A program made the position numbers and the translations under genes. Below the pieces are notes generated by a model. That model made no database searches and had not been told where the DNA came from. It was given only the letters and a program-made list of their open reading frames with translations. Shown piece by piece: positions 1 through 9,074 of a stretch of 64,000 bases of DNA (the first letter of the stretch is position 1; every line of letters starts with the position of its first letter). This stretch comes from an uncultured archaeon (lineage in GTDB: Archaea > Altiarchaeota > Altiarchaeia > JAFGQM01). Location of the stretch: positions 82,929-146,928 of the forward strand of contig CAZUDQ010000001.1 in NCBI GenBank assembly GCA_964619365.1. The letters run 5' to 3'.

Positions 1-93
1 GTCGCACTTGTCTCAATAGTATTTGCTCTCTTCTATCAAATGGCACTTTGCGCAACAGCTCTTTTTGCAGATGATGATGAAGTCGCTGTCTAA
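1..93 (+). CDS. 3' end of a truncated, probably membrane, protein
   Basis: Frame 1 is open from the window edge (VALVSIVFALFYQMALCATALFADDDEVAV*), hydrophobic, and converges on the next gene. Confidence 0.5.
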   Translation, partial: VALVSIVFALFYQMALCATALFADDDEVAV

Positions 94-105
94 AGAATAT
101 TGGGA

Positions 106-750
106 CTACTTCTTTTTCGCGGGCTTTTTGACAAGAGCTTTTTTGATATCTTTTCTGGGAATAAGGTTCTGCATTAAAAGCATTCCCATTGTTGATGCGA
201 CAACATAGGCTATTATAAATGAGAATGGCATTACAAGCAGGAAGTTTGTAAGAAGGAAACTTGTCCCGACTCCGAATAGAACAAAGATTATAGCAAGTAT
301 TGCAAAGCAGCCTATTACTTCACACATCATCGTCAGATTAAGCATAAGTGAATCCCTGAGATCCATTTTGCATTCCCCCCGGATTATTATTGCAGATATC
401 ATTCCCCCAAAGAAGGCGAGTAAGAATACTACAAGAAAGGGACAGACAACAGTGCTCGCATCAACTGGCGTTGATATTCCAAGGGCAATAAGCATGAAAA
501 TAAACATCAGGAGTATTGCAAAAAGTATCACAGGGGCATCTTTTAAGAGATCTTTTCTGAGGTAAGGGAGCATCAAAAACTCAAGGGCAAGAAACGGCAT
601 CCACATAACAAGATACGCCCACATGAGTATTGTTCCCGGTAAGAATATCTCAAAAACGCCAAATAGTATTGCAGCGATAAGTGCCCACATCGCAAGTGTT
701 GCAGAGTCTTTTCTTACTTTTTCCACGAGGAGTTGACAAATTGCCGCCAT
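106..750 (-). CDS. Multi-pass membrane protein of unknown function
   Basis: 214-aa ORF with about 6 hydrophobic segments and a basic tail. Confidence 0.75.
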   Translation of the reverse strand: MAAICQLLVEKVRKDSATLAMWALIAAILFGVFEIFLPGTILMWAYLVMWMPFLALEFLMLPYLRKDLLKDAPVILFAILLMFIFMLIALGISTPVDASTVVCPFLVVFLLAFFGGMISAIIIRGECKMDLRDSLMLNLTMMCEVIGCFAILAIIFVLFGVGTSFLLTNFLLVMPFSFIIAYVVASTMGMLLMQNLIPRKDIKKALVKKPAKKK

Positions 751-809
751 TTTATATATAATAGATTAACTGTCTTCCTATAAAAAGGTTTTTGCAAAAC
801 TTGTTTCAC

Positions 810-1124
810 TTATTTTTTGAGTAGGGGGTATCGCCTAATTTCCCCGCAAAGAAGACATTCGACTACCTGATACCCATCCTCGCACCGTATTCTTGCGGTT
901 TTTCCTGACATCATAAAATTCTTGCATTTTCTGCAAAAAAGTACTTTTTGAGCTTTTGTAATACTTATTTTGAATTTTGTCTTTATCGCCCACATTACAT
1001 CAAGATAATATTTTGCCTGAGTATAATCTCCAGTTATTGCAGCTTTTTCTGCAAGCTTAAAGAGTATTTCTATTCGCTCTTCTGCGATGACATGAGTCTC
1101 TTTTTTCTTTTTTGCGCGATTCAC
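810..1124 (-). CDS. rnp4: Ribonuclease P protein component 4 (Rpp21)
   Basis: IAEERIEILF..A helix; FCRKC and CLLCG..RRYP zinc ribbon. Confidence 0.9.
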   Translation of the reverse strand: MNRAKKKKETHVIAEERIEILFKLAEKAAITGDYTQAKYYLDVMWAIKTKFKISITKAQKVLFCRKCKNFMMSGKTARIRCEDGYQVVECLLCGEIRRYPLLKK

Positions 1125-1495
1125 TTTTTTGATGCTTTCTCGTAAGCGACTATTATCCGTTCTACTATATCTGGAATGCTTAAATAATCCTTTCCTAATG
1201 AAACTGTCATTTTTGCTCTTTTTGATATTTCCAGGGGGAGATTTTTATGTTCTTTAAAGCCTCCTACAACAAGAACGACATCCCTGCCGAATTTTGATAT
1301 CATGCTTCCTGTTGTCTCGTTTCCATCTGGAGAGAATGCTACCAACGTTCCTTCAAGACAATCAAGAAGCTCTTCTAAATCCTCACCTTTCTTGTGTATA
1401 ATAAAATTAAGGCCTGTTGCGTGGCACATATTTTCAACATCTGTTAGTTCTTTTCTTAAACTTGAATCAGTCTCCACAAGAAGCAAGGTCACCAT
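1121..1495 (-). CDS. Short SPOUT-fold protein resembling an internally deleted Nep1
   Basis: N-terminal MVTLLLVE strand; C-terminal AFSPDG, VVLVVGGF, VSLGKDYL...ERIIVAYE resemble the Nep1 knot region; adjacent to rnp4. Confidence 0.55.
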   Translation of the reverse strand: MVTLLLVETDSSLRKELTDVENMCHATGLNFIIHKKGEDLEELLDCLEGTLVAFSPDGNETTGSMISKFGRDVVLVVGGFKEHKNLPLEISKRAKMTVSLGKDYLSIPDIVERIIVAYEKASKK

Positions 1496-1534
1496 TTTTG
1501 TTAATTATAGTTTGTTTTTTGTTTTTAAGAAAAG

Positions 1535-4291
1535 TTATTTCTTCCAGAAGCGGCTTGTGCGAACAAATTCGCGCTCCTCTCTAAGGACTTCCTTATAGAA
1601 AGCATCATCATCAAGATCCAGTTCAAGTACGCGGGCTGCTGCGCGTGGTCCAACGCCTCTTGCGTTTAATGCAAGAAGGGCTCGCTTGCCATATGTGTGT
1701 ATCAAGCCTGCAGACTGATTTGCGCGGGACAAAAAATTTGTCTCAGATTTTTTCAACGGAAGATTTTTAATGGATTTTTTGACAATATCTGAAAGCTCGT
1801 CTTCAGTCCTACCCATAGACGCAATCATCCAGGACTCGCACGCCGGACATTTTAATGGGAATTCGAGCTTGTCGATTGAACGATTCCGCATAACTTGGGC
1901 GCAATGAAGACAGACAAAATTTAGTTTTCTTGAATCAAGACGCTTTTTTACAGTTTCGACTATCGCGCGCTCTGGGGTTTCGGCTGCAACTGCATCCCGG
2001 AAGGCTTCAAGGCCAAACTGCGAAAGGGGCGTTAAGTCCTGGATTGCAACTTCAATATCCCCTTTTAGTATTCCTTTTAGAGCTTTTCTTGAGTTTGGCA
2101 AGTCAAATCTCTTTGAGAAGCATTCAGACAAGGCTTCCTCATAAACCGGCGTTCCGGCATATGCATCAATAACGCGACGGATGTTTATCTCGCGAAAATT
2201 GATATTGTCTTTAAAGACGCCAAATCTTTTTCCGACATGTGCAAAGGAGAATGAAAAGAGACTTGTTTTTATGACTGCGTCTTTTAGCTTTGATGTGATG
2301 CTTCTGTTTGCAAGGATAAAGAGTGCGTCTTCAACATCTTTTTCTTCGAGTTCAAGAGCGCTGAAAGTTATTCTGTATGCATCTGCGTTTATCCCAACGC
2401 CTTCCCCAAGTTTTCTTGAAAGCATCGCTGCAAGAACACGACCTATCGTATCATTGACGCGCGTTCCAAAACAAGTATTCATAACCACATTATTGTAATT
2501 ATCTGCAAAGCGCTCAATTGTTATTGTCTTGTCGTCAGGAACCACACCTCTTGTTAGTTGAAGGGCTATTGTTTTTGCGACTTCTTTGGCGCCCCCATAT
2601 TCAAGAGGCAAAACATATTTTTTAGCATCTTTTGAAAGTTCCTTAGCGCAGGTATTTACATTTCCCGTGGAATCAATGATATTAGCTGCCTTGCGGCGCA
2701 TTTCACCGACTTCCTGAGCAACTTCATAGGGAACAGGGAGTTCTTCTCCGACCCACGCAGGAGTCTCACTGCCCATATCTGAAACCGGGGTTACCATAAC
2801 GACTTTATCACGGAAATCAGCAATCCTCCAGGCACGTCCAGAAAGGATAAATATTGAGCCTACATTACATTCTATTACATATTCTTCGTCAAGCGCGCCA
2901 ATTGGTTTGTGTGAAGCTATGTCTATTACAATAAAACGATTATGTGTTGGTATTGTTGAAAGATTGCCATAATAATAAAACAAAGTATTTCTGCGGCGGG
3001 AAATATTCTTTTCATCCCAGCCGACAAGGCGCAAACGCTTTAATGTGTCGAGTACTGAGTCAAATGTATCGGCGGAAAGATCTCGGTAGGGGTAAGCTTT
3101 CTTTATGATAAGGTAGGCCTGTTCTGGCGTTAAGTCCCCAAAATCCATGCAAAGCCCTGCAATCTGGTGGGCGAGTACATCAAGGCTTTCTTTGTAGAAC
3201 TCAGTTTCTTCTATCTCACCGGAAAGCGCGCGCTTTGCAACAACCGCGGCTTCCAGTATGTCATCAAATTCTGTTGTGAGAACAACGCCTTTTGAGGTTT
3301 TTTCTCTTGAGTGCCCGCTTCGTCCGACGCGCTGCAATAATCGTGAAGCTTGCCTGGGTGAAGTCACCTGAACTACTTTGTCAATATCTCCAACATCTAT
3401 TCCAAGCTCCATTGAAGACGTGCAGACCAGGGTCCGTATCTTTCCTGAACGAAGTTTTTCTTCTGTTGCAAGACGCTCTTCTTTTGAAAGTGAGGAATGA
3501 TGCACTCCAAGGTCTTCTTTGCCACCAAGTTTTTGCGTTAAGGATTCACTTGAAACGCGCGTATTTGTAAAGACTAGGGTTTGACCCTTCCCCGTTTCTT
3601 TTTTTACAGCCTCGTGGATTGGGAGAGTCGGCTTTTTTACAATTATATCCATATCCCGCGTGCTTGAATCAATGACAATTTCATCAAGCTTATAGTAATC
3701 GGCAACTATCTGTGGCGAGCCGACTGTAGCAGAGAGGCATACTGTCTGGAATTTTCCGGAAAGCGCGCGCAGGCGCTCAAGGCCAAGAGCTAATTGTATT
3801 CCACGTTTATCTGAAATAAGTTCGTGGACTTCGTCTATTATGACATATGAAACTGAGGCGAGATGAGTCCTCATGATTTTTGCAGGAAGCACGGCCTGAA
3901 GGGTTTCAGGGGTTGTTATCATTATCTGCGGCGGGTTTTTTCTTTGCTTACCTCTTTGGTATTGGCTTGTATCGCCATGGCGTACTTCGACGCGAAGCCC
4001 GAGTTCCTCGCACCAGGATTCCATCCTCCCAAGCATGTCTCTGTTTAAGGAGCGAAGGGGAGCTATATACAGTGCAAGAATCCCTTTTTCGCCCTCGCGG
4101 TGGCGCCTAAGGACTGACTCAAGAACTGGGAGAAATGCAGACTCTGTCTTGCCACTTCCAGTCGGCGCTATAACAAAAGTGTTTTTCCCTGCCATGACTT
4201 TTGGCATAGCTTTTTTTTGAATCTCGGTAAGACCTGGGAAGCTGGATTTTATGATGCCTGCAAGCTCCGCTGAAAACTCCGTTATCTGCAT
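1535..4291 (-). CDS. lhr: Lhr-family SF2 ATP-dependent helicase
   Basis: APTGSGKT, DEVH, SAT, HHSSLS, ELGIDVG, QRVGRSGH motifs; WVGE; C-terminal CLHC/CPAC. Confidence 0.93.
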   Translation of the reverse strand: MQITEFSAELAGIIKSSFPGLTEIQKKAMPKVMAGKNTFVIAPTGSGKTESAFLPVLESVLRRHREGEKGILALYIAPLRSLNRDMLGRMESWCEELGLRVEVRHGDTSQYQRGKQRKNPPQIMITTPETLQAVLPAKIMRTHLASVSYVIIDEVHELISDKRGIQLALGLERLRALSGKFQTVCLSATVGSPQIVADYYKLDEIVIDSSTRDMDIIVKKPTLPIHEAVKKETGKGQTLVFTNTRVSSESLTQKLGGKEDLGVHHSSLSKEERLATEEKLRSGKIRTLVCTSSMELGIDVGDIDKVVQVTSPRQASRLLQRVGRSGHSREKTSKGVVLTTEFDDILEAAVVAKRALSGEIEETEFYKESLDVLAHQIAGLCMDFGDLTPEQAYLIIKKAYPYRDLSADTFDSVLDTLKRLRLVGWDEKNISRRRNTLFYYYGNLSTIPTHNRFIVIDIASHKPIGALDEEYVIECNVGSIFILSGRAWRIADFRDKVVMVTPVSDMGSETPAWVGEELPVPYEVAQEVGEMRRKAANIIDSTGNVNTCAKELSKDAKKYVLPLEYGGAKEVAKTIALQLTRGVVPDDKTITIERFADNYNNVVMNTCFGTRVNDTIGRVLAAMLSRKLGEGVGINADAYRITFSALELEEKDVEDALFILANRSITSKLKDAVIKTSLFSFSFAHVGKRFGVFKDNINFREINIRRVIDAYAGTPVYEEALSECFSKRFDLPNSRKALKGILKGDIEVAIQDLTPLSQFGLEAFRDAVAAETPERAIVETVKKRLDSRKLNFVCLHCAQVMRNRSIDKLEFPLKCPACESWMIASMGRTEDELSDIVKKSIKNLPLKKSETNFLSRANQSAGLIHTYGKRALLALNARGVGPRAAARVLELDLDDDAFYKEVLREEREFVRTSRFWKK

Positions 4292-4383
4292 ACTTATTTA
4301 CTCTTGTAGAGAACGCTACAAGGAGCTTGTTTTGAAGCTAAAAGGATAAAAGGGCTTTTAACTCTTTGATAAATAATTATCCT

Positions 4384-5769
4384 ATGGAGAAGAGTCCGCT
4401 TAGGGTCCCGGTTGTAAGTCTGGATATCCCTGGAAGTGAAACTCTGGAAAGTGAACTTCATTCTCGGAACTTATCTGAATTCCGTCGCGACTATGGTCCG
4501 CCATTTGCCTGGGAAATGTCTAAGTGTCCGCCTAAAATCATAAATAAAGTTCATAAAAATCTTAAAGGAAGCTTTAATTCGTCGCTTGAACCTAACGGAC
4601 ATCATGTCAGGGAACTGGTCAAGTCTGCCACAGGGCCCGGAAGGTTTGAACCGCGAGAGTTGCCGAAACTTGCAAAAGATTTAAAAGAGTTAGTCACTGT
4701 GATGTCGCAAAATGGGAATACCCCCGTAGTCAAAAATGTCAATATGCTTGGTACATATCTAAGGGAAGGTGAGTTTGAATCTCACGAACTTAAGAAAATA
4801 TTGCCAATAGCAATAGAAACTGCAAGAAAGGGCCATGATCCTGGAGCATTTATAGAATGTAGCAGGACAGGCATCGTGTACAATAGGTTTTCAAAAAGAT
4901 ACTTAAAGAAAAATCTTGAAGACTTAAACAAGCTCCTTGAGGGGACGAGGAGCAATAGAGATTCTGAACCTATAGCTCATTATTCTGAACCCATAGCTCA
5001 TCGTGTATCTAAGGGGTTATGGAAAGGTTATGTGGATTCGCGCACGATAGGAATCATCACTCCCCATGCCATCGAGTCTGTAAAGGATGGACGAGATTCT
5101 GGCCCCATGTTTTCTGCAGTAGAAAACTTGCCTACTGGGGAGAGAGAAAGACATCTTAAATCCATCCTTGATGAAAACCAAAAACTCGTCAAAGAGACTG
5201 TGAAAGCCGGCTTCCCTGCTGACTACATTCGTGGGGAACTGCTAAAAGGTATGGGAAATGGTGTCATAGGAGGGTATGAACAAAAACTCTTTGCTCCAAT
5301 AGTACTTGCAGCTGCCAAAAAGAAGATGGATGTACATGACTGTGTAGAGTACTATGGGAAATTTGTTGCTGAGAGAAAAATGAAAAGGTATCATTTAAAA
5401 CATCTGGCTCCGCTCCTTATGACAGAAGTTAAAGAGGGCAGGCCTCCAGTTCGCCTTTTATATCATGTTGGTGAGATGGTAAACGAAGAGAACTTTAAGG
5501 GTACGAACTTCCAGGAAAAGATGAAGTTATACCAACAAATGTCTAAGAAATTAGATGTCCCAGATAAGTTTGAGGCTAGCAAGGTTTTCGACCACGGCCT
5601 CATGGCAAAAGGCGTCTCCAATAAGAAGGTTTTGGAATACCAAAGAATCCTGATGAGGCGCGGTGAGTTCCCGACAAAAGGGCTTATTGAAAAGATGCAT
5701 AAAGTGGAGCTAAGCCAAAACCGGAAAAAGTCTAACTTAAAGCGTAAACGTGCAAGAAAACGACTTTAA
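4384..5769 (+). CDS. Uncharacterised basic helical-repeat protein, paralog 1 (PTKGLIE.MH motif)
   Basis: Long ORF with ATG at 4384 (TTG at 4366 is possible); repeats such as AIETARKGHDP, ESVKDGRDS, ETVKAGFP; C-terminal motif shared with the next two ORFs. Confidence 0.8.
   Translation: MEKSPLRVPVVSLDIPGSETLESELHSRNLSEFRRDYGPPFAWEMSKCPPKIINKVHKNLKGSFNSSLEPNGHHVRELVKSATGPGRFEPRELPKLAKDLKELVTVMSQNGNTPVVKNVNMLGTYLREGEFESHELKKILPIAIETARKGHDPGAFIECSRTGIVYNRFSKRYLKKNLEDLNKLLEGTRSNRDSEPIAHYSEPIAHRVSKGLWKGYVDSRTIGIITPHAIESVKDGRDSGPMFSAVENLPTGERERHLKSILDENQKLVKETVKAGFPADYIRGELLKGMGNGVIGGYEQKLFAPIVLAAAKKKMDVHDCVEYYGKFVAERKMKRYHLKHLAPLLMTEVKEGRPPVRLLYHVGEMVNEENFKGTNFQEKMKLYQQMSKKLDVPDKFEASKVFDHGLMAKGVSNKKVLEYQRILMRRGEFPTKGLIEKMHKVELSQNRKKSNLKRKRARKRL
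4961..5001 (+). repeat. In-frame 21-bp tandem duplication (SEPIAHY/SEPIAH)
   Basis: attctgaacctatagctcatt followed by attctgaacccatagctcat. Confidence 0.85.
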
Positions 5770-5792
5770 TCCTTTAGTGCTTAAATTAAAAT

Positions 5793-6839
5793 ATGCCTAG
5801 ATCTGCCCGTTCCCAGAGAGAACACAAAAACCCCAGAGCAAGAGAACTTGCAAAAATCTCTTGCTATAATGGCAGACTTGCAAATAGTCTTGGGCAAGTA
5901 CATCATAAGGATTTAGAAGGCATAGCCAAAGTCCTTAACGCTGAAGAAAAAGGACTCGGAGCTTACACTCTTGCAGCAATAATGGCAGATAATCCTGATG
6001 CATATAATGCAGGGACATTTGGTCATGTGGTTCCATTGTGGAGGAGTATGAGGAAATCTAATGCTGATGTCACAGGTTTTGCCGAAGCTTCAGTTCCCAT
6101 ATTAAGAGGAAGGGTGTGGAGTCCCGAGGTCAAAAAAAGCTTGGATGTTTTGAAAAATACGCTTCGTGAACTGGAGCTTCACGGTTCATATGGTTTCTCT
6201 GAAAGGATGTCAGAATATCCTGAATCCATGGACTTAAAAACCATGAATCGCTTTGGCCCGCTTTTAAGCCAAACTGCAAAAAAGGGAAACAATCCTTCAT
6301 TCCTGTTTGCAGCTTCCCTTCCGATATTAAAATCCAATAAGAAAGCTGATGAAAAACTTCGAGCAATAAATCATCTGAAAGAGGCTCTTGAGGTATGGAA
6401 GAAAAAGGATACGAAACCAAACGAGAAAACTAATTCATTCCTTGTGAAAATGATATTAGAAAATCCTAAGACTTTCACCCCAAATATTCTCATGGATTTA
6501 GCGCCCACTCTTGCCCGAGAAGCTAAGGCGGGATACGACCCAAGTTCTCTTGCTATAACATTACATGCACATTCCATAAATCTTAGCAAAAAAGATATGT
6601 CAAGATATATACGGCTCCATGATGTTATTCCGAGAGATGTTTCGCACGACGAAATTATGGATCACGCACTAGATATCAGACTAAATCCCAGAAGGATCTC
6701 CCATAGAAATAGAGCAAAATACCAAAGGGTGCTTCTCGAACGTGGTCATATTCCGACAAAAGGCCTGATTGAGGAGATGCACACGCGTGCTTTAGAAGAT
6801 GTGGGAGAAAGAAGGAAGATTCCTGTAAAAAGAAGATGA
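5793..6839 (+). CDS. Uncharacterised basic helical-repeat protein, paralog 2
   Basis: QTAKKGNNP and EAKAGYDP repeats; YQRVLLERGHIPTKGLIEEMH. Confidence 0.8.
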   Translation: MPRSARSQREHKNPRARELAKISCYNGRLANSLGQVHHKDLEGIAKVLNAEEKGLGAYTLAAIMADNPDAYNAGTFGHVVPLWRSMRKSNADVTGFAEASVPILRGRVWSPEVKKSLDVLKNTLRELELHGSYGFSERMSEYPESMDLKTMNRFGPLLSQTAKKGNNPSFLFAASLPILKSNKKADEKLRAINHLKEALEVWKKKDTKPNEKTNSFLVKMILENPKTFTPNILMDLAPTLAREAKAGYDPSSLAITLHAHSINLSKKDMSRYIRLHDVIPRDVSHDEIMDHALDIRLNPRRISHRNRAKYQRVLLERGHIPTKGLIEEMHTRALEDVGERRKIPVKRR

Positions 6840-6860
6840 AGTTAAACGGATAACGAAAAC

Positions 6861-8345
6861 ATGCCAAAAACTAGAAAACCAAAAAAGTCCCAAAACTATA
6901 AAAAAGCTTCAGGGTATATAAGACGTGTTTGCCCAGACCTCTCAAAAAGTCTTGGTGGAAACAGAATTTCTGACGGACATGTTATAGAAATGGCCAAAAT
7001 CCTAAGGGGGATAAAGTCTGGGGGGGATAAACGAGGACTTGGTAATGAAATGGCTTATGGTATAAACGAGAGGGTGTTTGGCAACGGAGAACTTAAGTAT
7101 ATTTTACCTGCCGTGGCTCAAACTGCAAAAGCTAAGAAATATCCTACAAAACTTACTCAGGATTTGTATTATATGCTTAAGCCGGAAGGCAAGCTTAACA
7201 TTACAGGGCTAAAGAAACTTTCGCCAGTAATCGTAACACTCTCGAAAGAGGGTTTTTATGGCCCAGAAACTTTAACCAAATCTATTTCATGGGGACTTAA
7301 AAACGGGATACTAAAAAACAGTAATTTAGATACGCCACTAAGGCACATAAAAGGCTCTTTTGACGAACTGGAAAAAAACGGATACGAGTCATGGGATCTT
7401 GCACTTGGACTTGAGAATGGTTTTATGTCAAAAGGCATATCGAATCGAACTCTCCCCGAAACCCTAAGACATTTTAGTACGTGCCTTAGAGCATCAAAAG
7501 ATGCCGGCTACTCCCCCCATGAATTTGCTCTGAGATATTGGCATATCAGAGACTCGGATAAAAGGTCACTTGAGATGCTCAGGGGGATTTCCCCGATGGC
7601 AATAGAAACTGCCAAAGGGGGTCATGATCCCTGGAAATTCGCATATACCGTAACAAAAGAGGCGAGACAAGGTTCCTTGACTAAAGGACAATTTGAGAGA
7701 TTGCGTCCCACTTTTCTAGAAGTTGCAAAAGCCGGATTTGATCCTCATGATCTGATATCAGACGGAATCGTGACACCAGATTCTAACCTGTCACCTCATT
7801 TGGTAATAGAGCGCCTGCAACCAGAGATTATAAGTTTATCCAGGGCAGGCATAAATCCAAAAAGGCTTTTAAAAATTCTAAACAAAGGTATTAACAAAGG
7901 CCCCATAACCTCCAGAAACGTAGGGATTTTTGGAAGGGCCAGTTCGGAAATCTTAAGGAATTCTGGTTCAGGTAAGGGATTTAAGGATGATGTGCAAGAA
8001 AACCTGACAGATATGATTATATATAAAAAGCTTACGCCACACATGTCAAAGAAACTCGCTCAAGCAACAAAGGCGGTAGACGGGGCTGGAGACAACACTA
8101 ATCTATTTATGGTGCGGATTCGAAGAGACTTGGGACATGGAAATCTTGACAAGAGAAATTTTACAAGGTCGATGGATATTCATATAAATTTGCCACGAGG
8201 TTATGGTCATCACGAGGTTATGAGACATGCAATGAAAGTAAGGGGAGTTCCATCTGATAAGATTCCGGAATATCAAAAAGCACTTTTGGAAAAGGGGTAT
8301 TTCCCGACAAAAGGTCTGATTGAGGAGATGCATAAACCTAGGTAG
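6861..8345 (+). CDS. Uncharacterised basic helical-repeat protein, paralog 3
   Basis: About 8-9 degenerate repeats (SKDAGYSP, ETAKGGHDP, EVAKAGFDP, LSRAGINP); YQKALLEKGYFPTKGLIEEMH. Confidence 0.8.
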   Translation: MPKTRKPKKSQNYKKASGYIRRVCPDLSKSLGGNRISDGHVIEMAKILRGIKSGGDKRGLGNEMAYGINERVFGNGELKYILPAVAQTAKAKKYPTKLTQDLYYMLKPEGKLNITGLKKLSPVIVTLSKEGFYGPETLTKSISWGLKNGILKNSNLDTPLRHIKGSFDELEKNGYESWDLALGLENGFMSKGISNRTLPETLRHFSTCLRASKDAGYSPHEFALRYWHIRDSDKRSLEMLRGISPMAIETAKGGHDPWKFAYTVTKEARQGSLTKGQFERLRPTFLEVAKAGFDPHDLISDGIVTPDSNLSPHLVIERLQPEIISLSRAGINPKRLLKILNKGINKGPITSRNVGIFGRASSEILRNSGSGKGFKDDVQENLTDMIIYKKLTPHMSKKLAQATKAVDGAGDNTNLFMVRIRRDLGHGNLDKRNFTRSMDIHINLPRGYGHHEVMRHAMKVRGVPSDKIPEYQKALLEKGYFPTKGLIEEMHKPR

Positions 8346-8354
8346 TATGTCCCC

Positions 8355-9074
8355 TCATATTTCATGAATTTTGCCTAAATAGCTTCCATCTAAAAGATAT
8401 GCTTCGGAAGAACCTTCAATAATAGATTTTTTCATAAAGGGTCCCAGGAATCCTGCTGTGTTTACAGGCGTTCCCCGCAAGGATTCATCAAATGCCGGGA
8501 CGCATATCGCTTTTGGAGAGTGTTTTTCGTTTTTTGTTATGAGGTCTGCTTCAATCCAAGCCTTTTGGAGACCCCCTTTTACTTCACGCAAAAGAACTGC
8601 CGGGTGAGTATGGCCACAGGAAATGAGTTCGCATGAAAGGATGTCATCGCTTGGCAGTTTATGCCCATGCAAAAAACCTGTTTTTCCTTTGATAAATTCA
8701 TCCATCACTTCAATGCCACTGGGCACAAGCGATTCAATGTTACCATCGTGGTTTCCCTTAGTTATTATTATCTCAGGAACGAGTGTTTGGAGTTTTGAAA
8801 GAAACTTTGGGACTTCGTTTTCCTCTTGTCTTGATGTTATCGGGACATTGTGCTTAAAATCCCCAAGAATAACTAATTGTTTTGGCTTGGTTGAGACGAT
8901 GAGTCTTGCCATGCGCTCAAGCTTTTCTGGTGTTGAACTTGGAACATTTGCACCCTTCTTCCACATCTCGTACTCAATCCCATTGTGAAGATCTGCTACA
9001 ACTAATGTTTTTCCAATAAGCATGGCCGGTTCGCCTAAAACAAATCTGGATTCGGGCTTCTTGCCTTCAGGCAT
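8355..9074 (-). CDS. Calcineurin-like metallophosphoesterase (type often found next to lhr)
   Basis: ADLH, LGDFKH, GNHD, HGH, GHTHP and PAF motifs; start taken at MPEGKK. Confidence 0.88.
   Translation of the reverse strand: MPEGKKPESRFVLGEPAMLIGKTLVVADLHNGIEYEMWKKGANVPSSTPEKLERMARLIVSTKPKQLVILGDFKHNVPITSRQEENEVPKFLSKLQTLVPEIIITKGNHDGNIESLVPSGIEVMDEFIKGKTGFLHGHKLPSDDILSCELISCGHTHPAVLLREVKGGLQKAWIEADLITKNEKHSPKAICVPAFDESLRGTPVNTAGFLGPFMKKSIIEGSSEAYLLDGSYLGKIHEI

Noticed and set aside
4292-8354. Mobile element or provirus
   Set aside because: No integrase, transposase, terminal repeats or virion genes are recognisable
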